From an uncultured Acidobacteriota bacterium (GTDB lineage: Bacteria > Acidobacteriota > Thermoanaerobaculia > Multivoradales > SZUA-115): 64,000 nt of DNA. A program made the position numbers and the translations under genes. Positions 16,869 through 28,299 of the stretch are shown piece after piece. The stretch lies in contig CAWDVR010000001.1 in the NCBI GenBank assembly GCA_963805975.1, positions 96,001-160,000 of the forward strand, in the 5' to 3' direction. The notes under the pieces are model-generated. The model saw only the letters and a program-made list of their open reading frames with translations. It ran no database searches and had not been told where the DNA came from. Each line of letters opens with the position of its first letter. The first letter of the stretch is position 1.

Positions 16869-18194
16869 ATGCCGAACCCGTCGTTCCCTCCCGTCCGCCG
16901 GCGCGAGCTCGTCGGCTGGGCGATGTTTGATTTCGCCAATTCGAGCTACACGACGCTGATCGTCACCGTCGCCTACAGCGTCTACTTCACCAAGCTGGTG
17001 GCGCCCGGCGACCGCGCCGACTTCCTCTGGGGCGCCGGAATCTTCGTCAGCAACCTGATCGTCGCCCTGGTGGCGCCCATCGTCGGCGCCATGGCGGACG
17101 ACATGGGCCGGAAGAAGCTGTTCCTCTTCGCCACCTACGCCCTCTGCGTGCTGGGCACGTTGGGCCTCTACTTCGTGCTGCCGGGCCAGGTGGCCCTGGG
17201 GCTCGGCCTCTTCGTGCTCTCGAACCTCGGCTTCTCGTTCGGTGAGAACCTGGTGGCCGCCTTCCTGCCCGAGATCTCGACGCCGGCCAACGTCGGCCGC
17301 ATCTCCGGCTTCGGCTGGGGGCTGGGCTACTTCGGCGGCCTGCTCTGCCTGGTGGCCTCGTTCGGGCTGCTGTCCGGCGGCTTCACGGTCGAGAACCTGC
17401 CCAATTTGCGGCTGGTCTGGGTGGTGACCGGCCTCTTCTTCCTGGTCACCGCGCTGCCGACCTTTCTGCTGCTGCGAGAGCGCGCGGTGCGTGGCCCCCG
17501 GCGGACGCTGGCCGAGTACGGCCGCGTGACCTTCGGCCGGCTCTTCGAGACGGCGCGCTCGCTGTCGCACTTCTCCGAGCTGGCGCGCTTCCTCGCCGTG
17601 TTCTTCGTCTTCTGCTGCGGCCTCTACTCGGTGATCGCCTTCGCCTCGATCTACGCCGAGCGCACGCTGGGCTTCGGCCCCAAGGAGCTGATCCTCCTCT
17701 TCGTGGCCCTGCAGGTCTCCTCGGCCCTGGGCGCCTTCGCCTTCGGCTCGATCCAGGACAAGGTCGGCGCCCGGCTCACCATCCAGGTGACGCTGGGGCT
17801 GTGGATCCTGGTCTGCACCGGCGCCTATTTCTCGACCAGCAAGGCGATGTTCTGGGTGGTGGGGATGGGGGCGGGACTGGGCATCGGCTCGTTGCAATCG
17901 GCATCGCGCGGCTTGGTGGGGCTGTTCTCCCCGGTCGAGAAGAGCGGCGAGTTCTTCGGCCTCTGGGGCTTCTCGGGCAAGGCCGCCTACACCGTGGGGC
18001 CGCTCATCTTCGGCGCCATCTCTTCGGGCACCGGCTCCCAGCGCGTCGCCATCCTGTCGACGGCGCTCTTCTTCATCGTCGGCCTCGCCGGCATGGCGGG
18101 CATCCGGGAGGAGCGCGGCCAGGCCGCGGCCCTGGCCTGGAGCGAGGGCCGCGCCGGGCGCGAGGGCGGCGCCCAGAGAGAGACGGGCGGTTGA
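16869..18194 (+). CDS. MFS transporter, UMF1/Atg22-like family
   Basis: WAMFDFANS, GRISGFGWGLGYFGG and GEFFGLW motifs. Confidence 0.88.
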   Translation: MPNPSFPPVRRRELVGWAMFDFANSSYTTLIVTVAYSVYFTKLVAPGDRADFLWGAGIFVSNLIVALVAPIVGAMADDMGRKKLFLFATYALCVLGTLGLYFVLPGQVALGLGLFVLSNLGFSFGENLVAAFLPEISTPANVGRISGFGWGLGYFGGLLCLVASFGLLSGGFTVENLPNLRLVWVVTGLFFLVTALPTFLLLRERAVRGPRRTLAEYGRVTFGRLFETARSLSHFSELARFLAVFFVFCCGLYSVIAFASIYAERTLGFGPKELILLFVALQVSSALGAFAFGSIQDKVGARLTIQVTLGLWILVCTGAYFSTSKAMFWVVGMGAGLGIGSLQSASRGLVGLFSPVEKSGEFFGLWGFSGKAAYTVGPLIFGAISSGTGSQRVAILSTALFFIVGLAGMAGIREERGQAAALAWSEGRAGREGGAQRETGG

Positions 18195-19579
18195 GCCTTC
18201 GCCGGCTCGCGGACCGCTTCGTCGTCCGCGTGGCGGGGCTCCTCGCCGCCGCCTTCTTCCGCCGCGTCGAGGTCGTGGGCGCGGCGCGCATCCCGCCAGG
18301 CCGGCCGCTGCTGCTGGTGGGCAACCACGTCAACTCGCTGATCGACCCGCTGCTGCTCCTCGCCGCGCTGCCGGTCACGCCGCGGTTCCTGGCCAAGAGC
18401 ACGCTGTGGAAAAACCACCTGCTGAGGCCGCTTCTGGTGCTGGCCGGCGCCGTGCCCGTCTACCGGCGCCAGGACGAGGGCGTCGACCCGGCAAAGAACC
18501 TCGCGACCTTCGCCCGCTGCCACGAGCTCCTGGCCCGGGGCGGCGCCATCGCCCTCTTCCCAGAGGGCACGAGCCACAGCGAGCCGGGCCTGGTGCCGCT
18601 GCGCACCGGGGCCGCGCGCATCGTGCTCGAGGCCGAAGAACGCTTCGGACCGCTCGGCACGCGGATCGTGCCCGTGGGCCTGGTGTTCGACGACAAGCAG
18701 CGCTTCCGCTCGCGGGTGCTGGTCGAGGTGGGCGAGCCGGTCGATCCGGCGCCCGAGGTCGAGCTCTACCGTACCGACCCGCAGGGGGCGGCACGCGCCT
18801 TGACCGCGCGCCTCGAGCAGGCGCTGCGCCGGGTGACGGTCAACTACGGCTCCTGGAAGGAGGCGGCGCTCATCGGCCGCGCCGCCGACCTCTTCGCGCG
18901 GCCCGGTCTCGCGCTGCCGGTGGACCGCAGCCTGGCCGAGGAGTCGACGCTCCACCGCCGCTTCATCGAAGGCTACGAGGACCTGCGGCAGCGCTTCCCG
19001 GAGCGCACCGCACGAGCCGCGGAGACGGTGGAGGAGTATGCCCGCCTGCTCGAGACCGCCTGCCTGACCGACGAGCACGTGGCGGCCCGTTATCCGATGC
19101 CTTCGGTGCTGCGGCTCCTCGCCCGCTCGCTGCCCGGTCTGGCGCTGGCCTTCCCGTTCGCGATGGTGGGGACGGTGCTCAACTGGGTGCCCTACCGGCT
19201 GGCCGGGTGGATCTCGAGGAAGGTCACCTGGGAGCCGGACGTGGCCGCCACCTACAAGCTCTATCCGTCGCTGCTGCTGTTCCCCGCTTTCTGGCTCGCC
19301 GAGGCGGGCGCCGCTGGCTGGGCCTGGGGCTTGTGGGCGGGCGCGCTGGTGCTCGTTGCCGCGCCGCTCCTGGGCTGGATCGCGCTCCGCTTCAACGACC
19401 GCCGGCGAAGCCTGGCTGCGGAGGCTCGCGCCTACTGGCTGCTCGCCACCCGCCAGCGCCTGGCCGACGAGCTGCGCCGCCGCCGCCGCGCCGCGCACGA
19501 GCAGGTGATGACCTTGGCGGAGCTCGCCGCCCGGCCCGACCTGGAGACCGAAGGCGACGAGCCCGCTGCTCTCTCCTGA
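18191..19579 (+). CDS. Phospholipid/glycerol acyltransferase (PlsC-like) with C-terminal membrane region
   Basis: NHVNSLID (HX4D) and FPEG motifs. TTG start overlaps the upstream stop. Confidence 0.88.
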   Translation: MSLRRLADRFVVRVAGLLAAAFFRRVEVVGAARIPPGRPLLLVGNHVNSLIDPLLLLAALPVTPRFLAKSTLWKNHLLRPLLVLAGAVPVYRRQDEGVDPAKNLATFARCHELLARGGAIALFPEGTSHSEPGLVPLRTGAARIVLEAEERFGPLGTRIVPVGLVFDDKQRFRSRVLVEVGEPVDPAPEVELYRTDPQGAARALTARLEQALRRVTVNYGSWKEAALIGRAADLFARPGLALPVDRSLAEESTLHRRFIEGYEDLRQRFPERTARAAETVEEYARLLETACLTDEHVAARYPMPSVLRLLARSLPGLALAFPFAMVGTVLNWVPYRLAGWISRKVTWEPDVAATYKLYPSLLLFPAFWLAEAGAAGWAWGLWAGALVLVAAPLLGWIALRFNDRRRSLAAEARAYWLLATRQRLADELRRRRRAAHEQVMTLAELAARPDLETEGDEPAALS

Positions 19580-19625
19580 ACCTGGCTGAATGGATCGGTT
19601 CGACCTCTTACAAGGAGCCCGTCTC

Positions 19626-20066
19626 ATGCCCGAGACCGTTGCCCAGAACTACCAGAACCATCGCCGCTTCGTGCCGCTGTTCCACTTCGTGACCGCCACC
19701 GTCCTGGTACTGAATGCCCTGTGGCAGATCTACCTGATGTTCCGCTTCTTCTCGCCGGGGAGCGTCATCAACGTGCTCACGGCCCTGGCTCTCTGCTCGA
19801 TGTTCTACTACCTGCGGGACTTCCCGCTCCGCGTGCAGGACCGCGTGATCCGTCTCGAGGAGCGCCTGCGCCTGGCTCGCCTGCTGCCCGCCGATCTCCA
19901 GCCCCGGATCGAGGAGCTCTCGCCCGGCCAGCTCGTGGCGCTGCGTTTCGCGAGCGACGAGGAGCTGCCCGAGCTGGTGCGTAGGGTGCTTGCGGACGAC
20001 ATCCGCAGCCGCGAGGCGATCAAGAAGATGATCCGCTCCTGGCGGGCAGACCGGCTGCGGGTGTGA
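19626..20066 (+). CDS. DUF6526-like small membrane protein
   Basis: QNYQNHRR, VQDRVIRLEE, LVALRFASDEEL, WRAD..RV. AAGGAG RBS. Confidence 0.75.
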   Translation: MPETVAQNYQNHRRFVPLFHFVTATVLVLNALWQIYLMFRFFSPGSVINVLTALALCSMFYYLRDFPLRVQDRVIRLEERLRLARLLPADLQPRIEELSPGQLVALRFASDEELPELVRRVLADDIRSREAIKKMIRSWRADRLRV

Positions 20067-20120
20067 AGGTGCCGTGACCTCGGAGCCCAGTCTAAAGGCA
20101 ACCACCCTCGGACCGGGCTC

Positions 20121-20149
20121 TTGCCAATCGTCCGGCACCTGCCTATAAT
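20121..20149 (+). promoter_or_regulatory. sigma70 promoter P1 of ribosomal cluster
   Basis: TTGCCA-17 nt-TATAAT followed by GC-rich CCGCG. Confidence 0.75.
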
Positions 20150-20191
20150 CCGCGTTCCGCCGAACAGGGTCATCGAAACGGCGGTTGAGGG

Positions 20192-20226
20192 TTGACGGAG
20201 GAGGCGCCTGTTGTTAGGATGCGCGC
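20192..20226 (+). promoter_or_regulatory. sigma70 promoter P2 of ribosomal cluster with GC-rich discriminator
   Basis: TTGACG-17 nt-TAGGAT, extended TG, then GCGCGC. Confidence 0.7.
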
Positions 20227-20493
20227 TTCCGCGCCGAGGGTCCCTCCCCGGGACCGTGGCGTTCAAGGGCTTAAGCCCCACGGCTATTGCCTTCACCATG
20301 GAGCCCCGCTTGCCTTGGAGGCAGGTTTGGGTTCCTGACCCCCGAAGCCTTTTCGAAGGCTGCGTGAGGGATAAGGGTCTCGCCACTGCGCCCCTTGCGC
20401 TGGTTGTAGAGGGTGCGCCGGCTGTGGAAGGGCGCGCAGGCGAATCGGTGCGCGTCGGGGAATGGATCGAACGGGTCAGGAGACGAAAAGCGT

Positions 20494-20868
20494 ATGCCGA
20501 CGATTCACCAACTGGTTCGTAAGGGACGCGAGGCCGTCCAGTACAAGACCAAGAGCCCCGCTCTCCAGGCCTCGCCGCAGCGGCGCGGTGTCTGTGTCCG
20601 TGTCTACACCCAGACCCCCAAGAAGCCGAACTCGGCGCTGCGCAAGGTCGCCCGCGTTCGTCTGACCAACGGCATCGAGGTCACTACCTACATTCCCGGC
20701 GTCGGTCATAACTTGCAGGAGCACTCGATCGTCCTGATCCGCGGCGGCCGCGTGAAGGATCTGCCCGGCGTCCGTTACCACGTGATTCGCGGCACGCTCG
20801 ACGCCGTGGGCGTCGACGGCCGGCGCCAGGGGCGCTCGAAGTACGGCACCAAGCGTCCGAAGTCGTAA
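20494..20868 (+). CDS. rpsL: 30S ribosomal protein S12
   Basis: [27 protein letters not shown]. Confidence 0.99.
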   Translation: MPTIHQLVRKGREAVQYKTKSPALQASPQRRGVCVRVYTQTPKKPNSALRKVARVRLTNGIEVTTYIPGVGHNLQEHSIVLIRGGRVKDLPGVRYHVIRGTLDAVGVDGRRQGRSKYGTKRPKS

Positions 20869-20888
20869 GACCACGGAGAACTCAAGAG

Positions 20889-21359
20889 ATGGCCAGGCGC
20901 AGAGAGATCCCCAAGCGCGAGGTTCTACCGGACCCGCTCTACAACTCGCAGTTGCTGACCAAGTTCGTCAACGTGCTGATGTCGGACGGCAAGAAGTCCA
21001 CGGCGCAGCGCATCCTCTACAGCGCTCTCGATTCGATCCGCGAGCGTACGAGTGACGATCCGATCAAGGTCTTCAAGCGGGCGATCGAGAACGTCAAGCC
21101 GGCGGTCGAGGTGAAGTCGCGGCGCGTCGGCGGCTCCACCTACCAAGTGCCGGTCGAGGTCCGCCCGAGCCGGCGGCTGGCGCTGTCGCTGCGCTGGTTG
21201 ATCCAGATGGCGCAGGGGCGCGGCGAGAAGACCATGCGCCAGCGCCTGGCCAACGAGCTGATGGAAGCGGCCGAGCACCGTGGTGGCGCGATCAAGAAGA
21301 AGGAAGACACGCACCGCATGGCCGAGGCCAACAAGGCGTTCTCGCACTACCGCTGGTAA
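20889..21359 (+). CDS. rpsG: 30S ribosomal protein S7
   Basis: [21 protein letters not shown]. Confidence 0.99.
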   Translation: MARRREIPKREVLPDPLYNSQLLTKFVNVLMSDGKKSTAQRILYSALDSIRERTSDDPIKVFKRAIENVKPAVEVKSRRVGGSTYQVPVEVRPSRRLALSLRWLIQMAQGRGEKTMRQRLANELMEAAEHRGGAIKKKEDTHRMAEANKAFSHYRW

Positions 21360-21442
21360 CCCCTCGACAACCCCAGAAGACGAGCTGCGAGCAAGACGCA
21401 AGGGATCACTTTCGCTGCACGAGACGACGAGTCAAATACACC

Positions 21443-23518
21443 ATGGCAAGGCAAACTGACCTCAAGGACACGCGCAATATCGGCATCATGGCCCACATTG
21501 ATGCCGGTAAGACGACGACTACCGAGCGCATCCTTTATTACACCGGCGTCTCCTACAAGATTGGCGAGGTCCACGAGGGAACCGCCGTGATGGACTGGAT
21601 GGTTCAGGAGCAGGAGCGCGGCATCACCATCACCGCCGCTGCCACCACCTGCTTCTGGAAGGACCACCGCATCAACATCATCGACACCCCAGGGCACGTC
21701 GATTTCACCGCCGAGGTGGAGCGGTCGCTCCGCGTGCTGGACGGTGCCGTGGCGGTGTTCGACGCCGTGGCCGGTGTCGAGCCGCAGTCCGAGACCGTCT
21801 GGCGGCAGGCCGACCACTACCGCGTGCCGCGCATCGCCTTCGTCAACAAGATGGACCGGATCGGCGCCGACTTCGAGCGCACCATCGCCATGATGCGCTC
21901 CCGCCTGGCGGCTTCACCGGTCGCGGTGCAGCTCCCTCTGGGCAAGGAAGACGGCTTCCGCGGCATCATCGACCTGATGGAGATGAAGGCCATCAACTAC
22001 AAGGACGAGACCCTCGGTGCCGACTACCAGTTGGGCGACATCCCCGAGGAGCACCTCGACCGCGCGCACCAGTACCGCGAGCAGATGGTGGAGGCGATCT
22101 CGGAGACCGACGAGGCGCTGCTCGAGAAGTATCTCTCCGGCGAGGCGGTGACCAACGACGAGCTCAAGGCAGCCCTGCGCCGCGCCACGGTGACCAATCG
22201 GCTCCAGCCGGTGCTCTGCGGCAGCGCCTTCAAGAACAAGGGCGTGCAGCCGCTGCTCGACGCGGTGATCACCTACCTGCCCTCGCCCCTCGAGATCCCT
22301 TCGGTGACCGGTCACGCCGTCGACGGCGACATGCCCATCGAGCGCCGGGCGGCGGACGACGAGCCGTTCTCGGCCCTGGTGTTCAAGATCATGAGCGACC
22401 CCTTCGTGGGCCAGCTCTCCTACTTCCGGGTGTACTCGGGGCACGTCGAGTCCGGCAACTCGGTGCTCAATACCGCCACCGGCAAGACCGAGCGCATCGG
22501 CCGGCTGCTCAAGATGCACGCCAACAAGCGCGAGGAGATCAAGGAAGTGTGGGCGGGCGACATCGCCGCGGCCGTCGGCTTGAAGGACGTGCGCACGGGC
22601 GGCACGATCTGCGATCCGAAGCAGCCGGTGGTGCTCGAGTCCATGAGCTTCCCCGAGCCCGTGATCGCGGTCTCGATCGAGCCCAAGACCAAGGTCGATC
22701 AGGAGAAGCTCGGCATCGCCTTGGGCAAGCTCCAGCAGGAGGATCCGACGTTCAGGGTCCATACCGATCCCGATACCGGCCAGACCTTGATCTCCGGCAT
22801 GGGCGAGCTGCACCTCGAGATCATCACCGACCGCTTGGTGCGCGAGTTCAAGGTCGGCGCCACGGTCGGCCGCCCGATGGTGGCCTACAAGGAGGCGATC
22901 ACCACCGAGGCCGAGGCCGAGGGCCGCTACATCCGGCAGACCGGCGGCCGTGGCCAGTACGGCCACTGCAAGATCCGTGTGCGCCCGACCTCGGAAGGCG
23001 ACTTCGTCTTCGTCAACGCGATCGTCGGCGGCTCGATCCCCAGGGAGTACATCAAGCCGATCGAGATGGGGATCAAAGAGGCGATGGAGACCGGGCCGCT
23101 CGCCGGCTACCCGATCACCGGCATCGAGATCGAGCTCTACGACGGCAGCTACCACGACGTCGACTCCTCCGAGATCGCCTTCAAGATCGCCGGCTCGATG
23201 GCTTTCCAGGACGGCGCCAAGCGGGCGAAGCCGGTGCTCATGGAGCCCATCATGTCGGTCGAGGTGGTGACGCCCGAGGATTACATGGGCGACGTGATCG
23301 GAGACATCAACTCGCGCCGCGGCCGGGTTCACCACATGGAAGGTCGCGGCAACGCGCAGGTCATCTCCTGCCGCGTGCCGCTGTCCGAGATGTTCGGCTA
23401 CGCCACCGACCTGCGGTCGCAGACCCAGGGGCGAGCCACCTACACCATGCAGTTCGCGGCCTATGAGCAGGCTCCGAAGAACGTCAGCGAAGAGATCGTC
23501 GCTAAGGCCGCAGGCTAG
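21443..23518 (+). CDS. fusA: Elongation factor G
   Basis: [23 protein letters not shown]. Confidence 0.99.
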   Translation: MARQTDLKDTRNIGIMAHIDAGKTTTTERILYYTGVSYKIGEVHEGTAVMDWMVQEQERGITITAAATTCFWKDHRINIIDTPGHVDFTAEVERSLRVLDGAVAVFDAVAGVEPQSETVWRQADHYRVPRIAFVNKMDRIGADFERTIAMMRSRLAASPVAVQLPLGKEDGFRGIIDLMEMKAINYKDETLGADYQLGDIPEEHLDRAHQYREQMVEAISETDEALLEKYLSGEAVTNDELKAALRRATVTNRLQPVLCGSAFKNKGVQPLLDAVITYLPSPLEIPSVTGHAVDGDMPIERRAADDEPFSALVFKIMSDPFVGQLSYFRVYSGHVESGNSVLNTATGKTERIGRLLKMHANKREEIKEVWAGDIAAAVGLKDVRTGGTICDPKQPVVLESMSFPEPVIAVSIEPKTKVDQEKLGIALGKLQQEDPTFRVHTDPDTGQTLISGMGELHLEIITDRLVREFKVGATVGRPMVAYKEAITTEAEAEGRYIRQTGGRGQYGHCKIRVRPTSEGDFVFVNAIVGGSIPREYIKPIEMGIKEAMETGPLAGYPITGIEIELYDGSYHDVDSSEIAFKIAGSMAFQDGAKRAKPVLMEPIMSVEVVTPEDYMGDVIGDINSRRGRVHHMEGRGNAQVISCRVPLSEMFGYATDLRSQTQGRATYTMQFAAYEQAPKNVSEEIVAKAAG

Positions 23519-23572
23519 AAAACGGCTGAAGGTCGAATCGAAACCGCGTAGTGAGGAACCCTGGAGGGGAGC

Positions 23573-24766
23573 ATGGCGAAGCAGAAGTTTGAGCGTTCGA
23601 AGCCGCACGTGAACATCGGTACGATTGGTCACGTGGACCATGGGAAGACGACGTTGACGGCGGCGATCACGAAGGTATTGGCTTCGAAGGGTTTGGCGGA
23701 TTTCGTGGCGTTCGATCAGATCGACAAGGCACCGGAGGAGCGTGAGCGCGGGATCACGATCGCGACGGCTCACGTGGAGTACCAGTCGGAGGTGCGTCAC
23801 TACGCGCACGTGGATTGCCCGGGTCACGCGGACTACGTGAAGAACATGATCACGGGTGCGGCGCAGATGGACGGTGCGATCGTGGTGGTGTCGGCGGCGG
23901 ACGGTCCGATGCCTCAGACGCGGGAGCACATTTTGTTGGCGCGCCAGGTGGGAGTGCCGAGCATCGTGGTGTTCCTCAACAAGTGCGACATGGTGGACGA
24001 TCCGGAGCTTTTGGACCTGGTGGAGCTGGAGGTTCGTGAGCTGTTGTCTAAGTACGACTTCCCCGGCGATGACATTCCGATCGTCCGTGGTTCGGCGCTC
24101 AAGGCTCTGGAGGCGGGCAAGGCGGACGATCCGTGGGGTTCGAAGATCATCGAGCTGATCACGGCGGTGGACAACTATGTGCCGCTGCCGGAGCGGGCGA
24201 TCGACAAGGACTTCCTGATGCCGATCGAGGACATTTTCTCGATCCAGGGTCGGGGCACGGTGGTGACGGGCCGGGTGGAGCGGGGGATCATCAAGGTGGG
24301 CGACGAGGTGGAGATCGTAGGCATCCATCCGACCACGAAGACGATCGTGACCGGCGTCGAGATGTTCCGGAAGCTCCTGGACCAGGGCCAGGCGGGCGAC
24401 AACGTGGGGATCCTGCTGCGCGGCACGAAGAAGGACGACGTGGAGCGCGGGCAGGTGCTGGCCAAGCCGGGCTCGATCACGCCGCACACCAAGTTCAAGG
24501 GCGAGGTGTACGTGCTGACCAAGGACGAGGGGGGGCGGCACACTCCGTTCTTCAACGGCTACCGTCCGCAGTTTTATTTTCGTACCACGGACGTGACGGG
24601 CGTGGCGACGCTTCCGGGCGGCACGGAGATGGTGATGCCCGGGGACAACGTGAACCTGGAAGTGGAGCTGATCGCGCCGATCGCGATGGAGAAGGGCGTA
24701 CGGTTCGCGATTCGCGAAGGCGGACGCACCGTCGGCGCCGGCACCGTCACCGAAATCGTCAAGTAG
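23573..24766 (+). CDS. tuf: Elongation factor Tu
   Basis: [27 protein letters not shown]. Confidence 0.99.
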   Translation: MAKQKFERSKPHVNIGTIGHVDHGKTTLTAAITKVLASKGLADFVAFDQIDKAPEERERGITIATAHVEYQSEVRHYAHVDCPGHADYVKNMITGAAQMDGAIVVVSAADGPMPQTREHILLARQVGVPSIVVFLNKCDMVDDPELLDLVELEVRELLSKYDFPGDDIPIVRGSALKALEAGKADDPWGSKIIELITAVDNYVPLPERAIDKDFLMPIEDIFSIQGRGTVVTGRVERGIIKVGDEVEIVGIHPTTKTIVTGVEMFRKLLDQGQAGDNVGILLRGTKKDDVERGQVLAKPGSITPHTKFKGEVYVLTKDEGGRHTPFFNGYRPQFYFRTTDVTGVATLPGGTEMVMPGDNVNLEVELIAPIAMEKGVRFAIREGGRTVGAGTVTEIVK

Positions 24767-24818
24767 GAAGCGTCACAAAAAGCGAGAGCAGAGCGGGAAG
24801 CGGAGAGCAGGAGCGACT

Positions 24819-25136
24819 ATGGTCAACGAGAAGATCCGGATTCGCCTGAAGGCGTTCGACTATCGCGTGCTCGATACGTCGACGCACGAGATCGTCGACA
24901 CGGCACGCCGCACCGGCGCCCGGGTGGTCGGTCCCATCCCGCTGCCCACTCACATCTCGCGCTACACCGTGAACCGCTCGGTCCACGTCGACAAGAAGTC
25001 GCGTGAGCAGTTCGAGATCCGCACCCACAAGCGGCTGCTGGACATCTTCGAGCCCACCAGCCAGACCGTGGATGCGCTCATGAAGCTCGAGCTGCCGGCC
25101 GGTGTGGACGTCGAGATCAAGGCTTTCGGAAAGTAG
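24819..25136 (+). CDS. rpsJ: 30S ribosomal protein S10
   Basis: [23 protein letters not shown]. Confidence 0.99.
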   Translation: MVNEKIRIRLKAFDYRVLDTSTHEIVDTARRTGARVVGPIPLPTHISRYTVNRSVHVDKKSREQFEIRTHKRLLDIFEPTSQTVDALMKLELPAGVDVEIKAFGK

Positions 25137-25163
25137 CCTTCGGGGTCGAGAAAGGGCGCGCTG

Positions 25164-25793
25164 ATGCAAGGGATCATGGGCAAAAAGCTGGGCATGACCC
25201 AGATCTACGAAGCGGACGGCAGAGTCGTGCCGGTCACTATCGTGCAGGCGGGGCCTTGCCTCGTCGTGCAGCGCAAGACCGAGGCGAGCGACGGCTACGA
25301 GGCGGTGCAGCTCGGCCTGGTCGAGCAGCACACGCCGCGCCACGTGAGCAAGGCCCTGAAGGGTCACTACGACAAAGCCGGCGTCGCTCCGGGCTACCGT
25401 CTGGTGGAGTTCGAGGTCGGTGCCGACGACAGCGTCGCCGCGGGCGACCAGGTGAAGGCGACGATCTTCGCCGTCGACGACTACGTGGACGTGGTGGGGA
25501 CCAGCAAGGGCAAGGGCTTCCAGGGGGTCATGAAGCGCCACGGCTTTGCCGGCGGCCGCGCCTCCCACGGTTCGATGTTCCACCGCGCCCCGGGCTCGAT
25601 CGGTTCCTCGGCTTTCCCGTCGCGGGTACTGCCGGGCTTGCGGGCGCCGGGCCAGATGGGCGCCTCGCGGGTGACGATGAAGAACCTGAAGATCGTCAAG
25701 GTCGACGAGGAGAACAACCTCCTCTACCTGCGCGGCGCCGTGCCTGGTGCCAAGCAGGGCTACCTGGCGATCCAGCGCGCGAAGAGAGGCTAG
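25164..25793 (+). CDS. rplC: 50S ribosomal protein L3
   Basis: [16 protein letters not shown]. Confidence 0.99.
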   Translation: MQGIMGKKLGMTQIYEADGRVVPVTIVQAGPCLVVQRKTEASDGYEAVQLGLVEQHTPRHVSKALKGHYDKAGVAPGYRLVEFEVGADDSVAAGDQVKATIFAVDDYVDVVGTSKGKGFQGVMKRHGFAGGRASHGSMFHRAPGSIGSSAFPSRVLPGLRAPGQMGASRVTMKNLKIVKVDEENNLLYLRGAVPGAKQGYLAIQRAKRG

Positions 25794-25798
25794 GGACC

Positions 25799-26422
25799 AT
25801 GAAGATCGCGGTCAAGACCCTCGACAACCAGAGCGCCGGCGAAGTAGAGCTGCCGGCCTCGGTGTTCGGTTACCCGTACAAGGAGCACCTGATCCACACC
25901 GTGGTGCAGGCGATCCTGGCCGGCCAGCGTGCCGGCACTCACAAGACCAAGCCGCGCAGCGAAGTCTCGGGCGCCGGACGGAAGCTGTGGAAGCAGAAGG
26001 GCACCGGCCGCGCCCGGGTGGGGAGCCTGCGCTCGCCGCTGTGGCGCAAGGGCGGCACCGTCCATGGCCCGCAGCCCAGGAGCTACGAGAAGGACGTCTC
26101 GGCGCGCGAGAAGCGCAACGCTCTCAAGTCCGCGCTGTCGAAGAAGCTCGCCGACGGCGGCATCGTGGTGCTCGACAAGCTCGAGCTCGGGAACCACAAG
26201 ACCGGCGGGCTCGCCAGATCGTTGGGCAGCCTGGGCATCGACGCCAAGGCGCTCCTGGTCGACAGCTTCGACAACCTGAACCTCGCTCGCGCGTCGCGCA
26301 ACCATCCGTTGCTCAAGACCGTCGACGCGCTGGCCGTCAACGTCTACGACGTCGTCGACCGCTCCTTTGTCGTGGTCAGCCGGGGCGCGCTCGACCGGCT
26401 GGTGGAGGTGTTGGACCGATGA
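25799..26422 (+). CDS. rplD: 50S ribosomal protein L4
   Basis: KQKGTGRAR, GGTVHGP. Confidence 0.98.
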   Translation: MKIAVKTLDNQSAGEVELPASVFGYPYKEHLIHTVVQAILAGQRAGTHKTKPRSEVSGAGRKLWKQKGTGRARVGSLRSPLWRKGGTVHGPQPRSYEKDVSAREKRNALKSALSKKLADGGIVVLDKLELGNHKTGGLARSLGSLGIDAKALLVDSFDNLNLARASRNHPLLKTVDALAVNVYDVVDRSFVVVSRGALDRLVEVLDR

Positions 26423-26712
26423 GGATCCAGGAGATCATCCGCCGGCCGCTGATCACCGAGAAGAGCACCAGGCTCAAGGAAGTGCAGGGCGTGGTGGCCT
26501 TCGAGGTGGACCCGCGAGCCAACAAGATCGAGATCAAGCGCGCCGTCGAGACCCAGTTCAAGGGCAGCAAGGTGGCAGAGGTGCGGGTGGCGCGGGTGCA
26601 TGGCAAGACGCGTCGCTTCGGCCGCTACACCGGCCGCAAGGCGGACTGGAAGAAGGCCTACGTAAGGCTGGCCGAGGACTCGAAGCCGATCGAGTTCTTT
26701 GAAGGCGTCTAG
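26419..26712 (+). CDS. rplW: 50S ribosomal protein L23
   Basis: [21 protein letters not shown]. Confidence 0.98.
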   Translation: MRIQEIIRRPLITEKSTRLKEVQGVVAFEVDPRANKIEIKRAVETQFKGSKVAEVRVARVHGKTRRFGRYTGRKADWKKAYVRLAEDSKPIEFFEGV

Positions 26713-26741
26713 GAAACTTCGGGGAAGGAACGGTTGAGCTG

Positions 26742-27566
26742 ATGGCGACCAAACAGTTGAAGCCGACCAACCCGGCGAGCCGGTTCCAGAGCTACTCGAC
26801 GTTCGAGGAGCTCAGCCGGCAGCGGCCGGAGAAGTCCCTGACCGAGGGCAAGAGCGCGACCGGTGGCCGCAACAACCAGGGGCATTTGACCATCTGGTTT
26901 CGCGGCGGCGGTCACAAGCGGCGCTACCGGAAGATCGACTTCAAGCGCGACAAGCACGGCGTGCCGGCGACCGTCGCGTCGGTCGAGTACGATCCGAACC
27001 GTTCGGCGCGTATCGCGCTGCTGAACTACGCCGATGGCGAGAAGCGCTACATCCTGTGGCCGAACGGCCTGGCGGTGGGAGCCAACGTCGAGGCCGGCGA
27101 CGGCGCCGAGATCAACGTCGGCAACGCGCTGCCCTTGAAGAAGATCCCGCTCGGCACGGTGATCCATAACATCGAGCTCAAGATCGGCAAGGGCGGTCAG
27201 CTCGTACGGGGCGCCGGCGCCGGCGCGCAGCTCATGGCCAAGGAAGGAAGCTACGCGCAGGTGAAGCTTCCCTCGGGCGAGGTGCGCAAGGTGCACGTGG
27301 ACTGCTATGCGACGGTCGGCCAGGTCGGCAACCTCGACCACGAGAACACCTCGTGGGGCAAGGCGGGACGGCGCCGCTGGCTGGGCCGCAGGCCGCACAA
27401 CCGGGGTGTCGCCATGAACCCGGTCGATCATCCGATGGGCGGCGGCGAAGGCAGGAGCTCCGGCGGCCGTCATCCTTGTACCCCCTGGGGCACCCCGACC
27501 AAGGGCTACAAGACTCGTAACAACAAGCGGACCGACACTATGATCGTCCGCCGGCGTGAGAAATAG
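26742..27566 (+). CDS. rplB: 50S ribosomal protein L2
   Basis: [21 protein letters not shown]. Confidence 0.99.
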   Translation: MATKQLKPTNPASRFQSYSTFEELSRQRPEKSLTEGKSATGGRNNQGHLTIWFRGGGHKRRYRKIDFKRDKHGVPATVASVEYDPNRSARIALLNYADGEKRYILWPNGLAVGANVEAGDGAEINVGNALPLKKIPLGTVIHNIELKIGKGGQLVRGAGAGAQLMAKEGSYAQVKLPSGEVRKVHVDCYATVGQVGNLDHENTSWGKAGRRRWLGRRPHNRGVAMNPVDHPMGGGEGRSSGGRHPCTPWGTPTKGYKTRNNKRTDTMIVRRREK

Positions 27567-27581
27567 GGACGGAGGCGGAGC

Positions 27582-27875
27582 ATGGCGCGTTCGCTAAAGA
27601 AGGGTTTCTTCATCGACGATCACCTGCTGGTCAAGGTGCAGGCGGCCAACCAGCGGGGCGATCGGCGGGTCATCAAGACCTGGTCCCGGCGCTCGACGGT
27701 GATCCCGGAGATGGTGAGCCACACCATCGCGGTGCACAACGGGACGAAGTTCATCCCGGTGTTCGTCAGCGAGAACATGGTGGGCCACAAGCTGGGTGAG
27801 TTCGCGATGACGCGCACCTTCCGCGGCCACTCCGGCAAGAAGGTGGAGAAGTCGGCCAAGCCCAGGCCGGGCTGA
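27582..27875 (+). CDS. rpsS: 30S ribosomal protein S19
   Basis: [16 protein letters not shown]. Confidence 0.99.
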   Translation: MARSLKKGFFIDDHLLVKVQAANQRGDRRVIKTWSRRSTVIPEMVSHTIAVHNGTKFIPVFVSENMVGHKLGEFAMTRTFRGHSGKKVEKSAKPRPG

Positions 27876-27924
27876 GGCGGCCCGGCAAAACGGCACGGTG
27901 CACGACACGGGACGGAGATCGATC

Positions 27925-28287
27925 ATGGAATCCACAGCACGCTTACGCTACTTGCGCGGCTCGGCGCAGAAGGTGCGCCTGGTGGCGGACCTGATCCGCG
28001 GCAGGAACGTGCAGGAGGCGGTCAACCTCTTGCAGTTGACGCCCAAGGCCGCGGCGCGGCCGCTCGGCAAGCTCCTGAAGTCGGCGATCGCCAACGCCGA
28101 GCATCGTGAGACGTCGATCGACGTCGATCGCCTGTTCGTCAAGGAGATCTTCGTCGATGCCGGCCCGAGCATGAAGCGCATCCGGCCGGCGCCGATGGGC
28201 CGCGCGTTCCGGATCATCAAGCGAACCAGTCACGTGACGATCAAGCTCGACACCCGCAAGGGCGACGACAAGAAGAAGAGCAGGTAA
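27925..28287 (+). CDS. rplV: 50S ribosomal protein L22
   Basis: KVRLVADLIRG, SAIANA, KRTSHVT. Confidence 0.98.
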   Translation: MESTARLRYLRGSAQKVRLVADLIRGRNVQEAVNLLQLTPKAAARPLGKLLKSAIANAEHRETSIDVDRLFVKEIFVDAGPSMKRIRPAPMGRAFRIIKRTSHVTIKLDTRKGDDKKKSR

Positions 28288-28299
28288 GGGGAGGCGACG

